Origin: Perkinsus chesapeaki ATCC PRA-425
Lineage: Eukaryota; Protista; Perkinsozoa
Direction of reading: 5' to 3'
Length of the DNA: 64,000 nucleotides
Assembly (NCBI GenBank): GCA_013115145.1
Contig: JAAPAO010000004.1
Span: 124,001 to 188,000, forward strand
Position numbers and translations under genes: made by a program. This document shows positions 25,984 through 40,311 of the stretch, one piece after another. The number at the start of each line of letters is the position of its first letter. Position 1 is the first letter of the stretch. The notes beneath the pieces were generated by a model. It worked only from the letters and a program-made list of their open reading frames with translations. It was not told where the DNA came from and made no database searches.

Positions 25984-27607
25984 CTAGGTTTTAATAGGTG
26001 GTAGGGGTACCAAACATGAGACTATTACAGTAATATCATCTATTACTACACCAGCACCTTGATCAAGCCACCTTCTACATGCTCTTTTAGCTAATAATTC
26101 AGCTGCTGATTGAGCTTGTTTACTACTTGTTAATATTGTTGATACTATTCTAACCGCCTCTTGTGTTGATATAAATTCCCAAACACCATCACTACATAAT
26201 AATAGGAATGGATCACCAGGTCTCCATTCAGACACACCAGATGTTGATGAGAGCAATGATGATGAGCTTGCTCCACCACCTCCACCACCAGCAGCAGGAG
26301 CTTCTACTGTACTACGTGTTACATGTTTCCTTTTAATATCAGGTATTGGTATAATACCAGCTCTATAATAGGCTACTAAATCCCCCATAGCCCTAGACAT
26401 ATTTAAACCAGGATAGTTCTGCCCTCTCACATAAACCCTATAATTACAATGACCATCAAATCCAACCTACTAACACACCTTGTTCTACCCTATTATATAT
26501 CATTACCCTTCCACCAGATTTCTCTATCCTTGCCTTTTCATGTGGTCTATCAGGCCTATGATCTGTTGTTAAGTCTATCCCTCTAGGTGCCGATCCAACT
26601 GCCAGAACTGCTCTAGAGTCACCAACCCATGCTGCAGTTAGTGTATCAGTTTTATGGCTATATACGACGACGACGATGACCGTTACGTTTTAACTAGTCA
26701 TTACCAATGGACAACAAGCGTTGTTGTACTGCCGCTACATGTTGCATCTAATTCATCAGACTTGGTAGCCGCCTAAATCCAGCCTCCCCATGCCCCTAAT
26801 ATACCCCACAGTAATACCTCTAATTCTTCTTGTACTCTAGCAAACCATGACTTCATTGCTTTCGTAATAGCTTTCTCATCATGTAAATTATCCTTTTCCT
26901 CATCTAATATAGCCTGAGTCACATCAAGTAGTAATCATAGTTGCCCAAGAAGTGGATGTGTGGTTGCCTTTGCAAAATGCTCCTTTATAAAATTGGAGAC
27001 ATCATGACCTTTAAGACCATGACCATCAAATACTCCATAAACAGTAAAGATATCATCAACATTCATAATAAGAAATGAATCCTAATATAATATAACAAGT
27101 AATAGATAAAATGTTATTATTAGTACCTGGTTAGGGCTTTCTGGTTTTAAACCCTTTTTACATGCATAACCTATACCACTATCTTTTAACATACGTACAG
27201 GTACACTCCCAGTTAGTTGTGTATCCTTATCTTTATATGTCTCCCTATGATGTAAATCAGAGTCTGTAGTAGATGCTATTGACCATCTACGTCCACCAGA
27301 GATATCCTCTTCCTTAGCAACTCCAGTAGCAACTACTATTTCCTCTTCTACATTGCCATTGCAAGAGGATGATCTTTGCCCCTTTAGGAATGTTCTAGGC
27401 CTCGTTGATTGTACAGCCCTATAGACAGTATTAGTAACCCTCCAAAGCCTTTCCTTACTCTTCATTAATTTCATCTCCATTATTAGGATTTGTTATCGAT
27501 AACCTTCGTCTACGTAATAATGTATCAGATGTAAAGCTAGGCTTACGTAACCTCCTTATTATATTAGAAGGTACGTTAGTAGCAGTTGAAGAGGGACCAC
27601 AACCCAT
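25984..27607 (-). CDS. PP2C/PPM protein phosphatase with N-terminal MGC acylation motif
   Basis: Start MGCGPSS; GYACKKGLKPESPNQ; VFDGHG; VTAAWVGDSRAV; PGLNMSRAMGD; FLLLCSDGVWEF; DDITVIV. Confidence 0.92.
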
Positions 27608-27788
27608 GTTATTACGGCAAACTATCAACTGAGCATCGTGTACTTCCCAGTCCCATTTCCATCATATATGGCCGAGATTGAGCGGTGTAACATGTGCAAC
27701 ACCAACACAGAAGCGGAATCTTTAACACACATATAATCGTCTACCGATAAGACAATTCGGAGAGCCTCGACAGTTTTCGGTAGTTACT

Positions 27789-29000
27789 ATGGCGTCCTCC
27801 TCAGTAACACAAGGTGGTCAGTCTTCTTCTGCATGTATTGTGGGGGCTCCTATCAAAAAGCTTGTATCTCCTTCTCCACCTGATGATGATGACGATGATG
27901 ATGAATTCTCTAGATTATTAAATGCTCATAAAAAGGCAAGAGATGATGGAGATGAGTACCCCAGGGTAATAGTACCATTTAATATTCCTTATGAAGGATT
28001 CAGACTACACCCAGTGGTAATATTCAACCAGTTGTCAAGCGGCAAAGAATCAATTACGGTGATATAGATGGTTCTGGTGCACGACGGTAGTATTATTGAT
28101 ATTAATAGAAGGAACAACTATACAGGTATACATCTGAGAATCCTAGACGAAAGGGAGGTATAGTGGGAACAAGGCCAATAGAGCATACATCTAGGGGTAA
28201 GAGATATTACTAGGGGTACGTCGTACATAGTAATTAGGTTTGGTACCTCCTAGACCTTTGAGGTTTCCTTTTCCACCATATTGCGGTCCATTGGCTAAAT
28301 TGGTAATATTGAATATATTATAATTAATGATGATATTGATAAGGTATCCAGTGGTCCACCACCACCATTACCAGTTGATGAAAGATCTATAATGTTACAG
28401 CAGCTATTAGAAAGAGTTCAATACCTTACCAATGAAAATGAACGATTAACTTATATTGTAATATAACATACAACAAGAATGAGGACAACAATCCACCACC
28501 CTACAGGTGGCTGATCAACAAACCTTATTAAGTGGAGGAGGAGGTGCGCCTGTCCCACACCCTTTACCACATCCACCACCATCACCAGCTGCTGTTAAGC
28601 AGATGGCAGCAGCAGCAAGAGATGGTAATATAATATAGAGGTTATTCAATACTTTATTCAGCTTCACCGTCAAATGTTGAGAACTCTAACAGTTCAGTAG
28701 TACCACCATGGAGGTCTAAGAAGGCGACATTAGACACACCCATACAGTCATCATCACTGACAACAGACGAGAAAGCTGACGACAGGGATTCATCGAACTC
28801 AACTGAAGAAGAGAGAGTAGATGAAGTGATGGTGGCTGCTGCTGAGGATACTCCTGTTAATGATATTGGGCATAATACTGATACGACTGTAGGTTAGTAC
28901 TCATAGCTATATCATTGCAACTGCTACCGCCACCAGTGTGTAATATATCATTTTCTTCATTATCTAAGGTCATCGAGGTTTTGGGATACTCTATAATTCC
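27789..29000 (+). CDS. Hypothetical low-complexity protein (may be a 5' extension of SF1)
   Basis: ATG at 27789; open exons with GT-AG introns; no family recognised; 3' end uncertain. Confidence 0.4.
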
Positions 29001-29023
29001 TATTTAGCTTCTCCCTCTTTATT

Positions 29024-31773
29024 ATGTCATGGCCTACTAATGAATCATCGGCGTTAGTTCCGATATCCGAGACTCGAGATGAGAGAAGGAGAGGTTTGGA
29101 CCTTTGGGAGCCATCTGGATGGTCAGGTGGCCAACTTGTTGTTGTGGATGGTGATAGAAGCGGACAGGTAGTAAACGGTCATGGTACAGCGGTCAATTTT
29201 ACCTGTTGTTACTAATCGGAAAGTCATGGGATCTATTTGTAGATGGCACTTTATGGTACAGTGGGTCCGTCATCCAGCGGCCGAGGGCGAGGGGGTCATA
29301 AACGACGACGTTTACACTTGGGCCCGAAAGAAGAGGTATTAGTGCGTATCAAACTAATAGCGGTGATTAGCTATTAGATATCGTATCGACCACGACCATT
29401 AGTGGACCTCCCTGTTGGTCTTACAATAACTGAGATTGACCAGTTAATGCGGGAGATACGTTTAGAGGATCTACGACGTAAAATAGCTAATAAAGAGCTT
29501 GAACTAGCTGATGATGATGTATTAATAATAAGGGTATCTTTTGTATATTAATTATAGTTGTTGTTATTATTATTAGGTTAGAGCACCATCCCCTCCACCT
29601 GTTTATAATAGTTTAGGTCAAAAGATTAATAGTAGAGAGATGAGGGTTAAACATCAAATGCATGATGAGCTCAATAGGTTATGTCATTATATGATTAAAA
29701 CCGTAATACTATAATATACGGATATATAAGATTATGTTATATAATGGCTGTTATTATTATTATAGGTACCAAATTATACACCACCACCTGAGTACAGGCC
29801 ACCTAAGTATATTAAAAAAGTAATAGTACCAGTTAGAAGGTAATAGTATTAGTCTTTTATAAAGTAATTGTTGTTAATGGTTAAGGTATTTATTGATATC
29901 AGGTATCCAACAGAGAACTTTATGGGTGTATTAATAGGGCCTAGAGGATGTAATCATAGATTATTAAAAGAGATATTAGATTGTGATATTACATTAAGAG
30001 GGAGGGGTAGTACTATTATTATAATGACTTATATATAACAATAATTAGGAACTGGCAAACATATGCCTGATTTTGGTGGGGTTAGCCAGTTGAATAGTGG
30101 TGATAGATCATCATCATCAGCTGTAGCATCTTGGTTAGCTGAGGAAGATGCTAATCTACCACTTCATGTTCATATTAGGTGAGGATAATTGGGGATAATA
30201 TTAATACTCTATTAACTGCTGCTTCTGCTGCTGCTCGTTATACTAGTAATGGGGTGAGATAGTATAGGGCTAATATATGGGGATGAGGAGGAGGGACTAA
30301 TTGAGACATAAATCCTAACAAGGATAGAGAACATACAGATCAAGTGCGGGCTCGGATAGGTTTAATAATTAATTGATGCCTAATCTTCCCGTCCAATCTG
30401 CAGCTACCTCCCACTACTACTCAGACTGATGCCCCTGCTGCCGGTGATGCTTGTCCTGTTGGTGTGGATGGCGGCGGTGGTGGTGGTGATTACCTTAGTG
30501 CCATCCTAGTTGTCATTGATACTTTCGTATTACGAGAGGTTGAGGAAAGGTTCATTGCTCATTTATTTCAGTGGTGATGATGAGGATCGAGTAAATGAAG
30601 CAGTTGAGTTTATTAAAAAGTGTCTTACACCAGGCAGCCGAGAGTAATGATTTGGTTAAGAATATAATGATGAATAGTAAATAGGTATGAAGCCCTTCAA
30701 TCAAGAGGGAGAGATACTTTAGCTGTTATCAATGGTACTGTTGGTATTGGCTCAAATTACCATCAACGGCAATTAAGAGTATTAGAGGCTGATGGTATTG
30801 ATGAGATTGAGAGATGGAGAGCATTAGCTAGGTAAGTAGGTTGAAGTAGTAGTAGAAGATGATGGTGGTGGAGGTGGTTATGGTGTTAATGTTGTGTTGA
30901 TGATTGAATGTTTAGGCATGTACGATGTGAGATATGTGGTGATAAAGGACATCCAACAATAGACTGTCCAAGGAATAGGATGCCTAGTCATGATGAATTA
31001 ATGGAGGATTGGAGGCTTAATAAAGAGTAGTTATTATTGCTACTAACATTATTATACATTGTTATATAGGTATAATGATCTTATGAGTAGTGTAATACAT
31101 GGGGATGAAACAACTAGAAGAATGCCAAGCAATGATAATCAACATACACCACCACCATCACCATTATCATCATCTGAGCCTAGTAAAGAGGTGGAGGAGA
31201 AGAAGGAGAAGAGTACACAGTCGAACACCACGGTGCCAGCACCATTACCACCGATACAAACAGCAGCAGATTCTAGCCCATCTGATGGGAATGATGCTCT
31301 GAATGAGCCTGAGCCTGTGGCTACTGCTACTGCTACTGCTCCACCAACACCTACACATACACACGTACCGAGACGTAAGGCATTTGTTGCTGTTGTTGTT
31401 GAGGTAGATATAGTAGTTATTGTTAGCTCTGGCTGCTGGTCCTGGACAAAGGAAACAACGTCGACCATTAGCACCTCATCCATTACGTACAATGCCTATA
31501 GACCATACATTACCTTATCAAGGAGTAGGAGGAGCTAATCCTTACTGTAAGGGTTTGGCAGGGGTAGGTGTCATTGGTGCCTTAGATCCTTCACCATCAC
31601 CACCTGGCCCATATGGTTATTCAAATATACCTCCAACACCTCCACTAATGAGACCATTACCACCTACATACAACCAACCGATGGGTTATCATCAACCACC
31701 ACCTGCTGGCCCTGGATATGGTGGACAGTATGGTGGTGGAGGAGGAGGACATTATTATGATGGTTATTATTAG
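29024..31773 (+). CDS. SF1: Splicing factor 1 / branchpoint-binding protein (KH-QUA2 + Zn knuckle)
   Basis: LPVGLTITEIDQLMREIRLEDLRRKI; RAPSPPPVYNSLGQKINSRE; YPTENFMGVLIGPRGCNHR (KH GxxG); CTMCGDKGHPTIDCP; Pro/Gly/Tyr-rich C-terminus. Confidence 0.9.
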
Positions 31774-31888
31774 TTTTGTCAATTGGCTATATTATTGGTA
31801 CTATTACATTACAGTTACTCTATCAATACATTGACTTGTGTTATCAACAACAAATATCAATTAAAATGAAACTTTCATAATATCAACA

Positions 31889-32624
31889 TTACTTTTTCCT
31901 TCCTTTCTTGGAGTCATTTACTCCACTGTGATGCTGAGATGTGTACATTTTAATGAAGCAGCAGCCGCCATTATCAAACTTCACACCACAATCATTTAAC
32001 CTAATACTCATCACTAGCAAGAATGCTTGGTCATCATCCACCATCGTTGTTACATAGTAGCAAGTTGAACAACACTATCAGGGCCTTTGGTTAAGGAGTT
32101 TGGGAGAACTCTATAAACATCTATACATTGACCATCTGGTATAGCAACCCTTTCCTCTCCTTGTACAGTTATATACCTCCATCGTAGACTAACAGTTAAG
32201 GATATGGTTCAAGTGAAGAGATTAATAGGACCTCTTCACTAGTTTAACATATTCATCACATTTATTATCACATCCTTCTATAACAACTATACCTGGGTAG
32301 CCCCATTTATACCAACCACCAAGTCCTAATTCATCTGAATATAACCAATCAATATGATACTATATAGACAGGTCAATCCCTACTAGCCCATAACCGTAGA
32401 AGCTTCTTCTTTTTAGAATTCCTTATATGATGAGAGTATATAAACCTTCGACCTAGGTAGCAGTAGATAGCTACCTCATCACCCTAACCTTCAATCCTAA
32501 TATTATCCTCATATTAGTCCTCGACACTCACTGTCGGTTGTTGTTGTTGGTGGTGGAACTGCCTTGTACTAGACGCTATTATCCTGGAAATGCATCGAGA
32601 CATCTCAAAACGGTGGGGCATCAT
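31889..32624 (-). CDS. DUF1115-only (RWDD2 C-terminal-like) protein with possible mitochondrial presequence
   Basis: MSRCISRIIASSTRQFH...; RRFIYSHHIRNSKKR; GLGGWYKWGYPGIVVIEG; LRWRYITVQGEE. No RWD exon seen. Confidence 0.6.
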
Positions 32625-32752
32625 TTCAGTGGGTGACGAAGACAGTACGCAACAGTAGTTATAATAAACAATGCTGGAATTGGTAACAACAGTGATGGTA
32701 TAATAAGTGTAAATGATGGGATAATAATAATAATAATACGACACCAGTAGCG

Positions 32753-34193
32753 TCATGTCCGAAGTGATGATAAAGGAGCTTTCTTCTTCCCATTATGTTT
32801 ATCATTTTTATTAGCTCTTACTGGACCATATATTTTCATGCAAGTTAAGAATAGTTCCTCCAGACCATATTGTCGGCACCTATGAATAAATACCTATAAT
32901 ACTGTCTATTATTATCTTACTACTACCTAGCAGCTATATCACTCATTTCATCTGGGCCATACTCTATAAATTCATCTTTTGGGAATGCTCTCATATCATC
33001 GATTGTCTTACCCTCTGGTACAAGTATCTGTTCCTCACCCCTTACAGCCAAATACATCCATCGTAACCTGTTCAGAGTAATCTAATTATTATTATATTAA
33101 CTAAGATACAGTAACTACCGATTAATTAGGTTAACATATTGAATACAATCATCTTCATCCCCTTCTAATATAATAACCCCAGGATATCCCCATTTATAGC
33201 ATCCACCCATATTGAACTCCTCTGAGGATAACAGCACCAACAACTATTCGTAATACAACCATCACCCCACCACCAGTAGTAGAAGTAGCTTACTGGCCCA
33301 TTCCTTTATAAGCTTCTTTTTAACCGGGTTCCTGATATGATGGGCATAAATAACCCTTCGTCCCAGAACAGCTGGTTTATCAGTTTTCTTCTTTTTATGA
33401 GCAGACAAGTGGACTGTAACCTTCTTGGTGGCACCCTGATACCCATAATTCTTCCCGTTCTATCTCAATTAAGTCTTTACCCTGATCGGCACACTGGCTG
33501 CCCAAGCTAGCTCATCATCATCACTTCTTGAGTTCGCTGTATCTTCTCGTCGTTTCCTTTCCTCTGCAAAGTCCACGGCAATCTACACAACGCAGGTGTA
33601 ATGTTACTGTTGCTTTTGACTTCACCTTATTAATGGATGCTTTTGTTGCCTCTAAAGCAGCCAGCACAGGATAATCGTATCTAGCTTCCATTTGAGCCTT
33701 TATGTTAGCAATCACCTCCTCGTCCAGTTTTCCTAAGTTACCGTCACCTTAGCCTGATATGGAGCTAGATCAACCTACTCAACTTTGGTGTAATAGCCTC
33801 TGATCCTTCAACGGCTATAACTTCTGGTATAGCTTTATTATCTTCAGGGTATTCAGGAGGTAAAGTGATGATGAATGTAGCATAGGGTTCCTCATCCTCT
33901 TCTTGGCCTTCCTCTAATATACCCCCTCCAACTGTGATTGCATACCTTATCACCAACAGCAATAGTGAAGATAAATACTTCATCGTCATTTACGTTGTCT
34001 CCCCATCTGACGGGCTTTCTGGTTTATGTAACCACATGAATTCGGACTGTTGTCCCCCATCCTGAGATGTACCATACACCGCTTCAAGAGCATCAGCCTC
34101 ATCCAGTTGAAGTTGTAGGCATCTATCAGATCCTCCTCCTTTAGTGTCTATGGGTATTCCACATTGTGATAGTATTGCTGGTGAATTTGGCAT
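32753..34193 (-). CDS. RWD + DUF1115 protein, paralogue 3
   Basis: LQLDEADALEAVY; FIITLPPEYP (RWD); LGRRVIYAHHIRNPVKKKLIKEWA; MGGCYKWGYPGVIILEG; VRGEEQI; GLEELF. Confidence 0.75.
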
Positions 34194-34336
34194 ACAATAA
34201 TCTACATTAATCATAAGATAGAGAAGGTTAGAGCACAATATCATGTAAATAATGATGATGAAAGTAACTTCTAAACATTGATGATGATCGACAGCAGTGC
34301 AGGAGGAGAAGGAGGGGCAGTCATCCTGGTTGTGTA

Positions 34337-35609
34337 TCATTTCTGGCTGCTATTTCCTCGACACTTATTCTTTTTATTCTTCTTATTATTGCCGATAGAT
34401 TTCCTATCCTCCTCCTCCTTATTATTATTATGTTCTTCACTACTAGTTGTATACACCTTCATACTTGTCATAAATAACTCCTCCAATCCTGCATCTCGAC
34501 ATCTACTACCATCATTATACTTATCACCACAGTTCCTAGACCTAGACCTACCGTTCAGCAATCTCACTAACTTCATCCACCTTATACTGTGTAAACTCTA
34601 TCGGCAATGCTCTCATATCATTTAATGTCTTCCCCGCTGGTACGGGTATCTGTTCCTCGCCTCGTACTGTAACCATACGAACGTATCTTCATGAACTTTG
34701 TGATATAGAGTACATCCCCGTCTTCCCATCACCTTGTAACACGATTAACATAATCAGCGCACAGGCTCTCCTCTCCTTCTATTATAATAAAGTTAGGATT
34801 GCTCATACCACCAAGATGATAATCCTCTAATGGAAGTCAATGTGAATGATCAAGAGTCAATCCGTCAAGCTGCTGTCTTACTAGCCAACTCTCGTATATA
34901 TTTAATTTTCATTGGATTCTTAATTGTATGTACAACCATCATCCTTCTACCTAACACTTCTCCTTCTACATTATTAACCTAATCATCATCACCACCCACA
35001 ACTTAACCAGTACACTGGTGACCGCCGCCTCACCACACCTGAGCAATGTTGTGAACTCTTCCTGCATTGGCTGCTGTACCCTTAGATGTATCTTGTTGTC
35101 TTCTTTCTGCTATCTGAAGGTATGTCGTATGAGGGGGGTATGTGTAATAATAATTCACCTCAGTAATATATTGCCGTGTTGACTCTAATGCTGCTATTAA
35201 AGGGAATTCGTATCCCGACTCTAACTGGACCTTCACATGCTTCAGTAAATAAGCCGATACGTCCTTATCTTGTACTAGTTTATTATCATAACTACCGTTC
35301 ATTTCTTCTATCACCACTTCAGGTAGTAAGGTGCTCTTAGTTGGATACCCCAATGGTAATGTTATAATGAATGTAACACTAATAATAGAAGAAGGCTCCT
35401 TAGAGTAACTATTCAATGTTATAGAGTATCTAATAACATAATAATTATGTATCATCATGCTGATCATCATCCTGTCTTTACGCCAGCATCTCATCGTCGT
35501 CTTTATCATCTCCTTTATGTAACCACATGAATCCCCCATCATCTTTGTAGATTGCCTCCAAGGTCTCAGCTTCCTCTTCTTGAAGCTCTCTCCATGCTGT
35601 CATCGTCAT
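34337..35609 (-). CDS. RWD + DUF1115 protein, paralogue 2
   Basis: MTMTAWRELQEEEAETLEAIY; FIITLPLGYPTKSTLLPEV; LGRRMMVVHTIKNP; VTVRGEEQIPVP; GLEELFMTSMKVY. Confidence 0.75.
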
Positions 35610-35741
35610 CACCTTACCCTAATACATCGCCCTCAATCCACTACAAACGCATTTCCTCCTTCTCCATAGAAACCATTAGTAACAACAACAGCAGCAGCAG
35701 TTGTATTATCACTATAGGGTGTACTATAATGTAATACCCCA

Positions 35742-37055
35742 TTATTTCTTAGATCCACCACCACCACCACCTTGACCCCTCCCACCCCTTCCACCATATA
35801 CCTTTAAATAGGTGAGGAATAATTCCTCTAATCCATTATCTCGACATCTGATAGACATTGCGGCGCCTCTTAATCAACTACCAATAACAACAGCCTCTCT
35901 TACAGCTTTGCTATCTTATCTATCTCATCTATACCAACGAATTCAAAACACTTCGGCAATGCTCTCATATCATCCAAGGCCTTCCCATCCGGTATGGGTA
36001 TCTGTTCCTCTCCTCGTACCGTAACTTTCTTTATATAACTAATAACCACCAACCTCCTACTCCTCCTTTTGCTTCTTTTGTTAGTTTATTACTGTATCAT
36101 TTCATCTGTGTATTTAATACATAGTCTTTCATCTCCTTCAATTACTATTGCATTTGGATTTCCCATACCCCCTAGATGCCATTCATCTGATAATATTCAA
36201 ACCATCATCATCCTATTGTTCTTAATCTTATTACTAGCCAACTTCTTGCAATACTTCATATGTTCTTTATTACGAATATGTACTATACCAAGCATCCTTC
36301 TCCCCAACACTAACGGCTTTGACTTTAGTATATCCTGTACATCATCAACATCATCATCATCATCACACTGCATCTTCTCATTACATCTATTGACATATCA
36401 TCAATCGTCTCCGGTATTTGTTCCTTATCTACTCTAGTTTCCTTTACACCTTCTTCTTCTCCTATCTAACCACCAAACTGGCCTACTCTATAACCTTACA
36501 TTGCCTTACCTCTGTCAATGTGCCTCTTATAGACTCCAATGCAGTTAATAAAGGGAAGTCATAACCCATCTTAAGTTGTACCTTAACTGTAGCCAGTGCT
36601 TGTCTTGATAATTCATCTAACATATACATTCCTTCTCTCTACCACTCCTTCCTCACCTAATCGTTTAGCTACTATTGGTTCACTTCCTTCTACTGCTAAT
36701 ATCTCTGGTAATGCATTTCTATCTTTTGGATATCCTATTGGTAAAGTTATTATAAAAGTGGCTGTAAGGGGTGTATCAGTGTCCTTTATCAGTGTTGTAC
36801 TACTACCCCTAACTGTAATAGAGTACCTAACACCTTCACCATCAACAACAACAACAACAACTGTCTTCTTCCCTCCTTCCCCTCTTCCTACGCCATCTCT
36901 CCATCATCAAATGTATTTGGTCTATTAAGCCATAGGAATCCTCCTTCTCTATCATATACATCCAATAAAGCCTCTGCCTCATTATATTGCTCATCTAAGC
37001 TACTCTTCTCAGAATGTTCTTGTCTAAGTGTTGTCTCATCGTCCCTTAGTGCCAT
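35742..37055 (-). CDS. RWD + DUF1115 protein, paralogue 1
   Basis: LDEQYNEAEALLDVY; FIITFPIGYPKDRNALPEI; LGRRMLGIVHIRN; VRGEEQIPIP; GLEELFLTYLKVY...SKK-stop. Confidence 0.75.
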
Positions 37056-37207
37056 TATTGTATTATACTCTATTATTCGTTTATGTGTTATCGTCGTATA
37101 TTCCCCACCAACTATATCAACACAATACTATATCAATTACAACAACAACAGCAATAATATTAATATAGCATCATAATTATTATTATGGTCATATTAATTA
37201 TATCCTA

Positions 37208-40191
37208 TCACCATACCCCGGCAGTCGCTTCACCATAAAATTCAATACCCGCTAAGAAAAGGTTATGAGTGTTACCAGAATTAACACCACTTTGTATAAG
37301 ACGGAATATTCTAAATGAGCCTCGAGACTCTGGTGACTTGTCTACTGGGAAGTAACTGATAGGCAACCATATTCCCCCAAATGTTGCTATCTGTCTTTAC
37401 CTAGTGGCCTTGGGCTCTCTAAGACTACCACACATCTTCCTTTCATCAATAAGTATCCAATCATCACCATCATTTGACCCCATTATATTCCAATTCATAA
37501 GACATTGTGCACTTGAGTTACGGTTGCGAAGACAATATCTACAACATAATAGTCGTATAAAGGAGTATAGAGTGGTATGAAGGAGGTAGTACCCAGTAAG
37601 CCTAAGAGCTCGGCCTCTACCAAAATCAACCTGTATCCAAGATGCAGGCTCATTCCTAGTACGAAATTCAACTGATGATGTTCGCCCTACTATCTCATCC
37701 ACTGATCCTCTACCAACACCTAAATAATACCCTCCTCCTCCTCCTCCTGCTACTGCTGTTGTTGTTGTTACTTACTGCTAGCTGTGAGCTGTATTTCCAT
37801 TAACTTAGAACATGGATTCCTCCATGGCATTGTATTCCCTCTAGTACCCAACCAATAAAGGCATCCAAAGGTATCAAAATCAGATGAATAAGAGAATGAC
37901 ACTGGTGTAGTAGGTGATGCTGCTGCTGCTGCTGTTAATGGTACTGATCCACGCGATATACTTGTAATATTATGAACCTGTGATAACTTTCCTATCAATA
38001 CCCACAACCCTTCCACTACCTCCTCTTCTGTACTCCTCTCTGGCCTATATCCCTTCCTTTGACAGTCTCTTGGTCCTCCCCCATGTCCCCTCTTCCTCTC
38101 CTCTTCCTCCCCTTCTTCCACGTTTGTATCTTCTCCTTTAGTAAACCTCCTCATTAACTCTAATATCCTATCCTGTGCCAAATGCCATAACGGTGACTCC
38201 GCTGCTGATATTAATGCCTCTAATGGTAGCTGCGACCATCTTACACTAGATACAGCATACCATAAAAGCAACAACAAGCTCACCATACTACCATTTATAT
38301 ATCATTTCAAAGTCTTCTCTCGTCCATACTTTACTCTTCTTCTTCCTTCTTTTCTCAGCATCCTCATCACTTTCTCCTTCTTCACCACCATCATCAATCT
38401 ACCAGTACCCCTACTACTTCCTTCTTCCCCTTCTATACTACCTCCTCCTCCTCCTGTTTACCCTCTTGTTCCTCTTTCTCTTCATCGTCTGTTACTTTTA
38501 CCATAGTAACCCTAACTGTTCCCCCACTAGGTAGTTCAACCTCCTTCCCTTCTTCTTCTTCTCCCTCCTCCTCCTCTCCACCACTACCCTTCTGTAAAGC
38601 CTCCTTTGGTATATTATCCCTAGTTACCTAATACCAACCATCTTCCATCAACAATACCATTACCCTTCCTACTTCGCCAGATGCATCTATCCATTCTAAC
38701 TCAGCCCATACCTCCCCTAATGGTGTATTATCAAGTAAAGGGCATATGACATGAACCTCGCCAGTGAGCTCTCCATCCATTATTCCACAACTTGTCTCAT
38801 ATCTTGGTACAGGGCATCCTCTAACACATTCCGATCTACTAGCTATACCCTCCATAACTCTAAATATAATCTTAACAGCAGCAGGACCTATTCAATAACA
38901 CTATTCAACAACAACAACAAGAGTAACATTAATAGTTACCACCTTCACGTGGCGGTTTAACTATCTCCACTTTAACCTTACCATGAGCTCTATCCATCCT
39001 CTGCCTCAATACATTAGTGCCTATTAATACCATCTCCCTCGAATCCCCTTAATAACCTCTCTTTATTACATGTTCTTAATACTATCCTTTCATCGCCTCC
39101 TGATGCCTTCAACCCTAGCTTATCTGACCCCAGTATTCTATTAAGTGTATCCATTGGTAACTGTGATATCTGGAATACCCTCAAAGGCTTCCCTAACCCT
39201 TCTACTGTACATTCCTAATAACATCATCATCATCTACTATATTAAATACAATATCTACTTCAAATTTATCTCGTAGTATATCTTCAGCTGCTTGTATTAA
39301 AGCCCTAGCATCCTTATTGTCTATGTACTAAGAATACGTAATAATGTAACCCTAACCCTTCTTCCCCAGTGTATTATTATTACATAGCTGCATCTTAGTA
39401 GTATAATAGCTGCATTATTAGCACTTAAACAAGTATTAATAATATGTTGAGCTAATGGTGTAGTTAATGATGGTATGTCCAACATGAGGCTTAAACCAAG
39501 TAAAGCTGATGGGAAGTAGGAAACACTAATACTTATTATGTTTATAGCCTTTATTACTAAGTAGCATACCGCAATTCTCAGATTTCCTTCCTTCTAAGAT
39601 ATCTGATGATGATCTTGATGAGGATTTAAGATTAGGATTTAATAGAATAGACCTCTCCCAATCACCATGGGTATACCTATGATGCTTAACAATACTATAT
39701 TATTAGTATAATATTATTACATAAATGTATTAATAATGTCAATACATTTAACAAGCTCATCTCTATTAACATGAGGATCTGGTAATATTGGGACCTTCAG
39801 TAAGGGGCCTTTCCCAAGCATGATATCAATGTTATTATATTACATTTATACCAAGTATACCTCCTTCTTGTGATGATACAACTACTCCATCCTCTTCTTC
39901 ATCCCCTTCAGATGGTATTATTTTATTATAACAATATCGGCTATATGAAGCTAATATCTATTATAGATACCTTCCCCTATATCCTATTAACCCTATTACC
40001 AGTTTATGTACTTTAAACTGCCCCTTTTCCTCCCCCTCCTCCTCTGCTCCTTCCTCTCCACCATCCTTTGGTAACACGAGTATACAATCGGTTAATTTAG
40101 ATTTATTATATAGACTCCATAAGCTTGGTAACTCTGCAACCTCCTTATTCTCAACTTCATCATTCTTCTCCTCTGCTACTGCTGCTGCCAT
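37208..40191 (-). CDS. BTB/POZ-BACK protein with C-terminal F5/8C (discoidin-like) domain
   Basis: LYNKSKLTDCILVL...QFKVHKLVI (BTB); FSYSSDFDTFGCLYWLGTRGNTMPWRNP; SWIQVDFG...CLMNWNIMGSNDGDDW; FRIFRLIQ...LAGIEFYG (as in HECTD1-type and plant BTB-F5/8C domains). Confidence 0.8.
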
Positions 40192-40311
40192 TCAATACTA
40201 ATAATAACCAACTAACTGCGCCGTGCGGCGGCAGGATTATGTTAAAAGCGCTCGCCCGGAAATACATGCCGACTGTCGTATGTGAACTCAATAGTAGTAT
40301 AGATGGACAAG

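Noticed and set aside
30747-30755. TTGGCTCAA (SL 3' part)
   Set aside because: Inside an SF1 coding exon; chance match.
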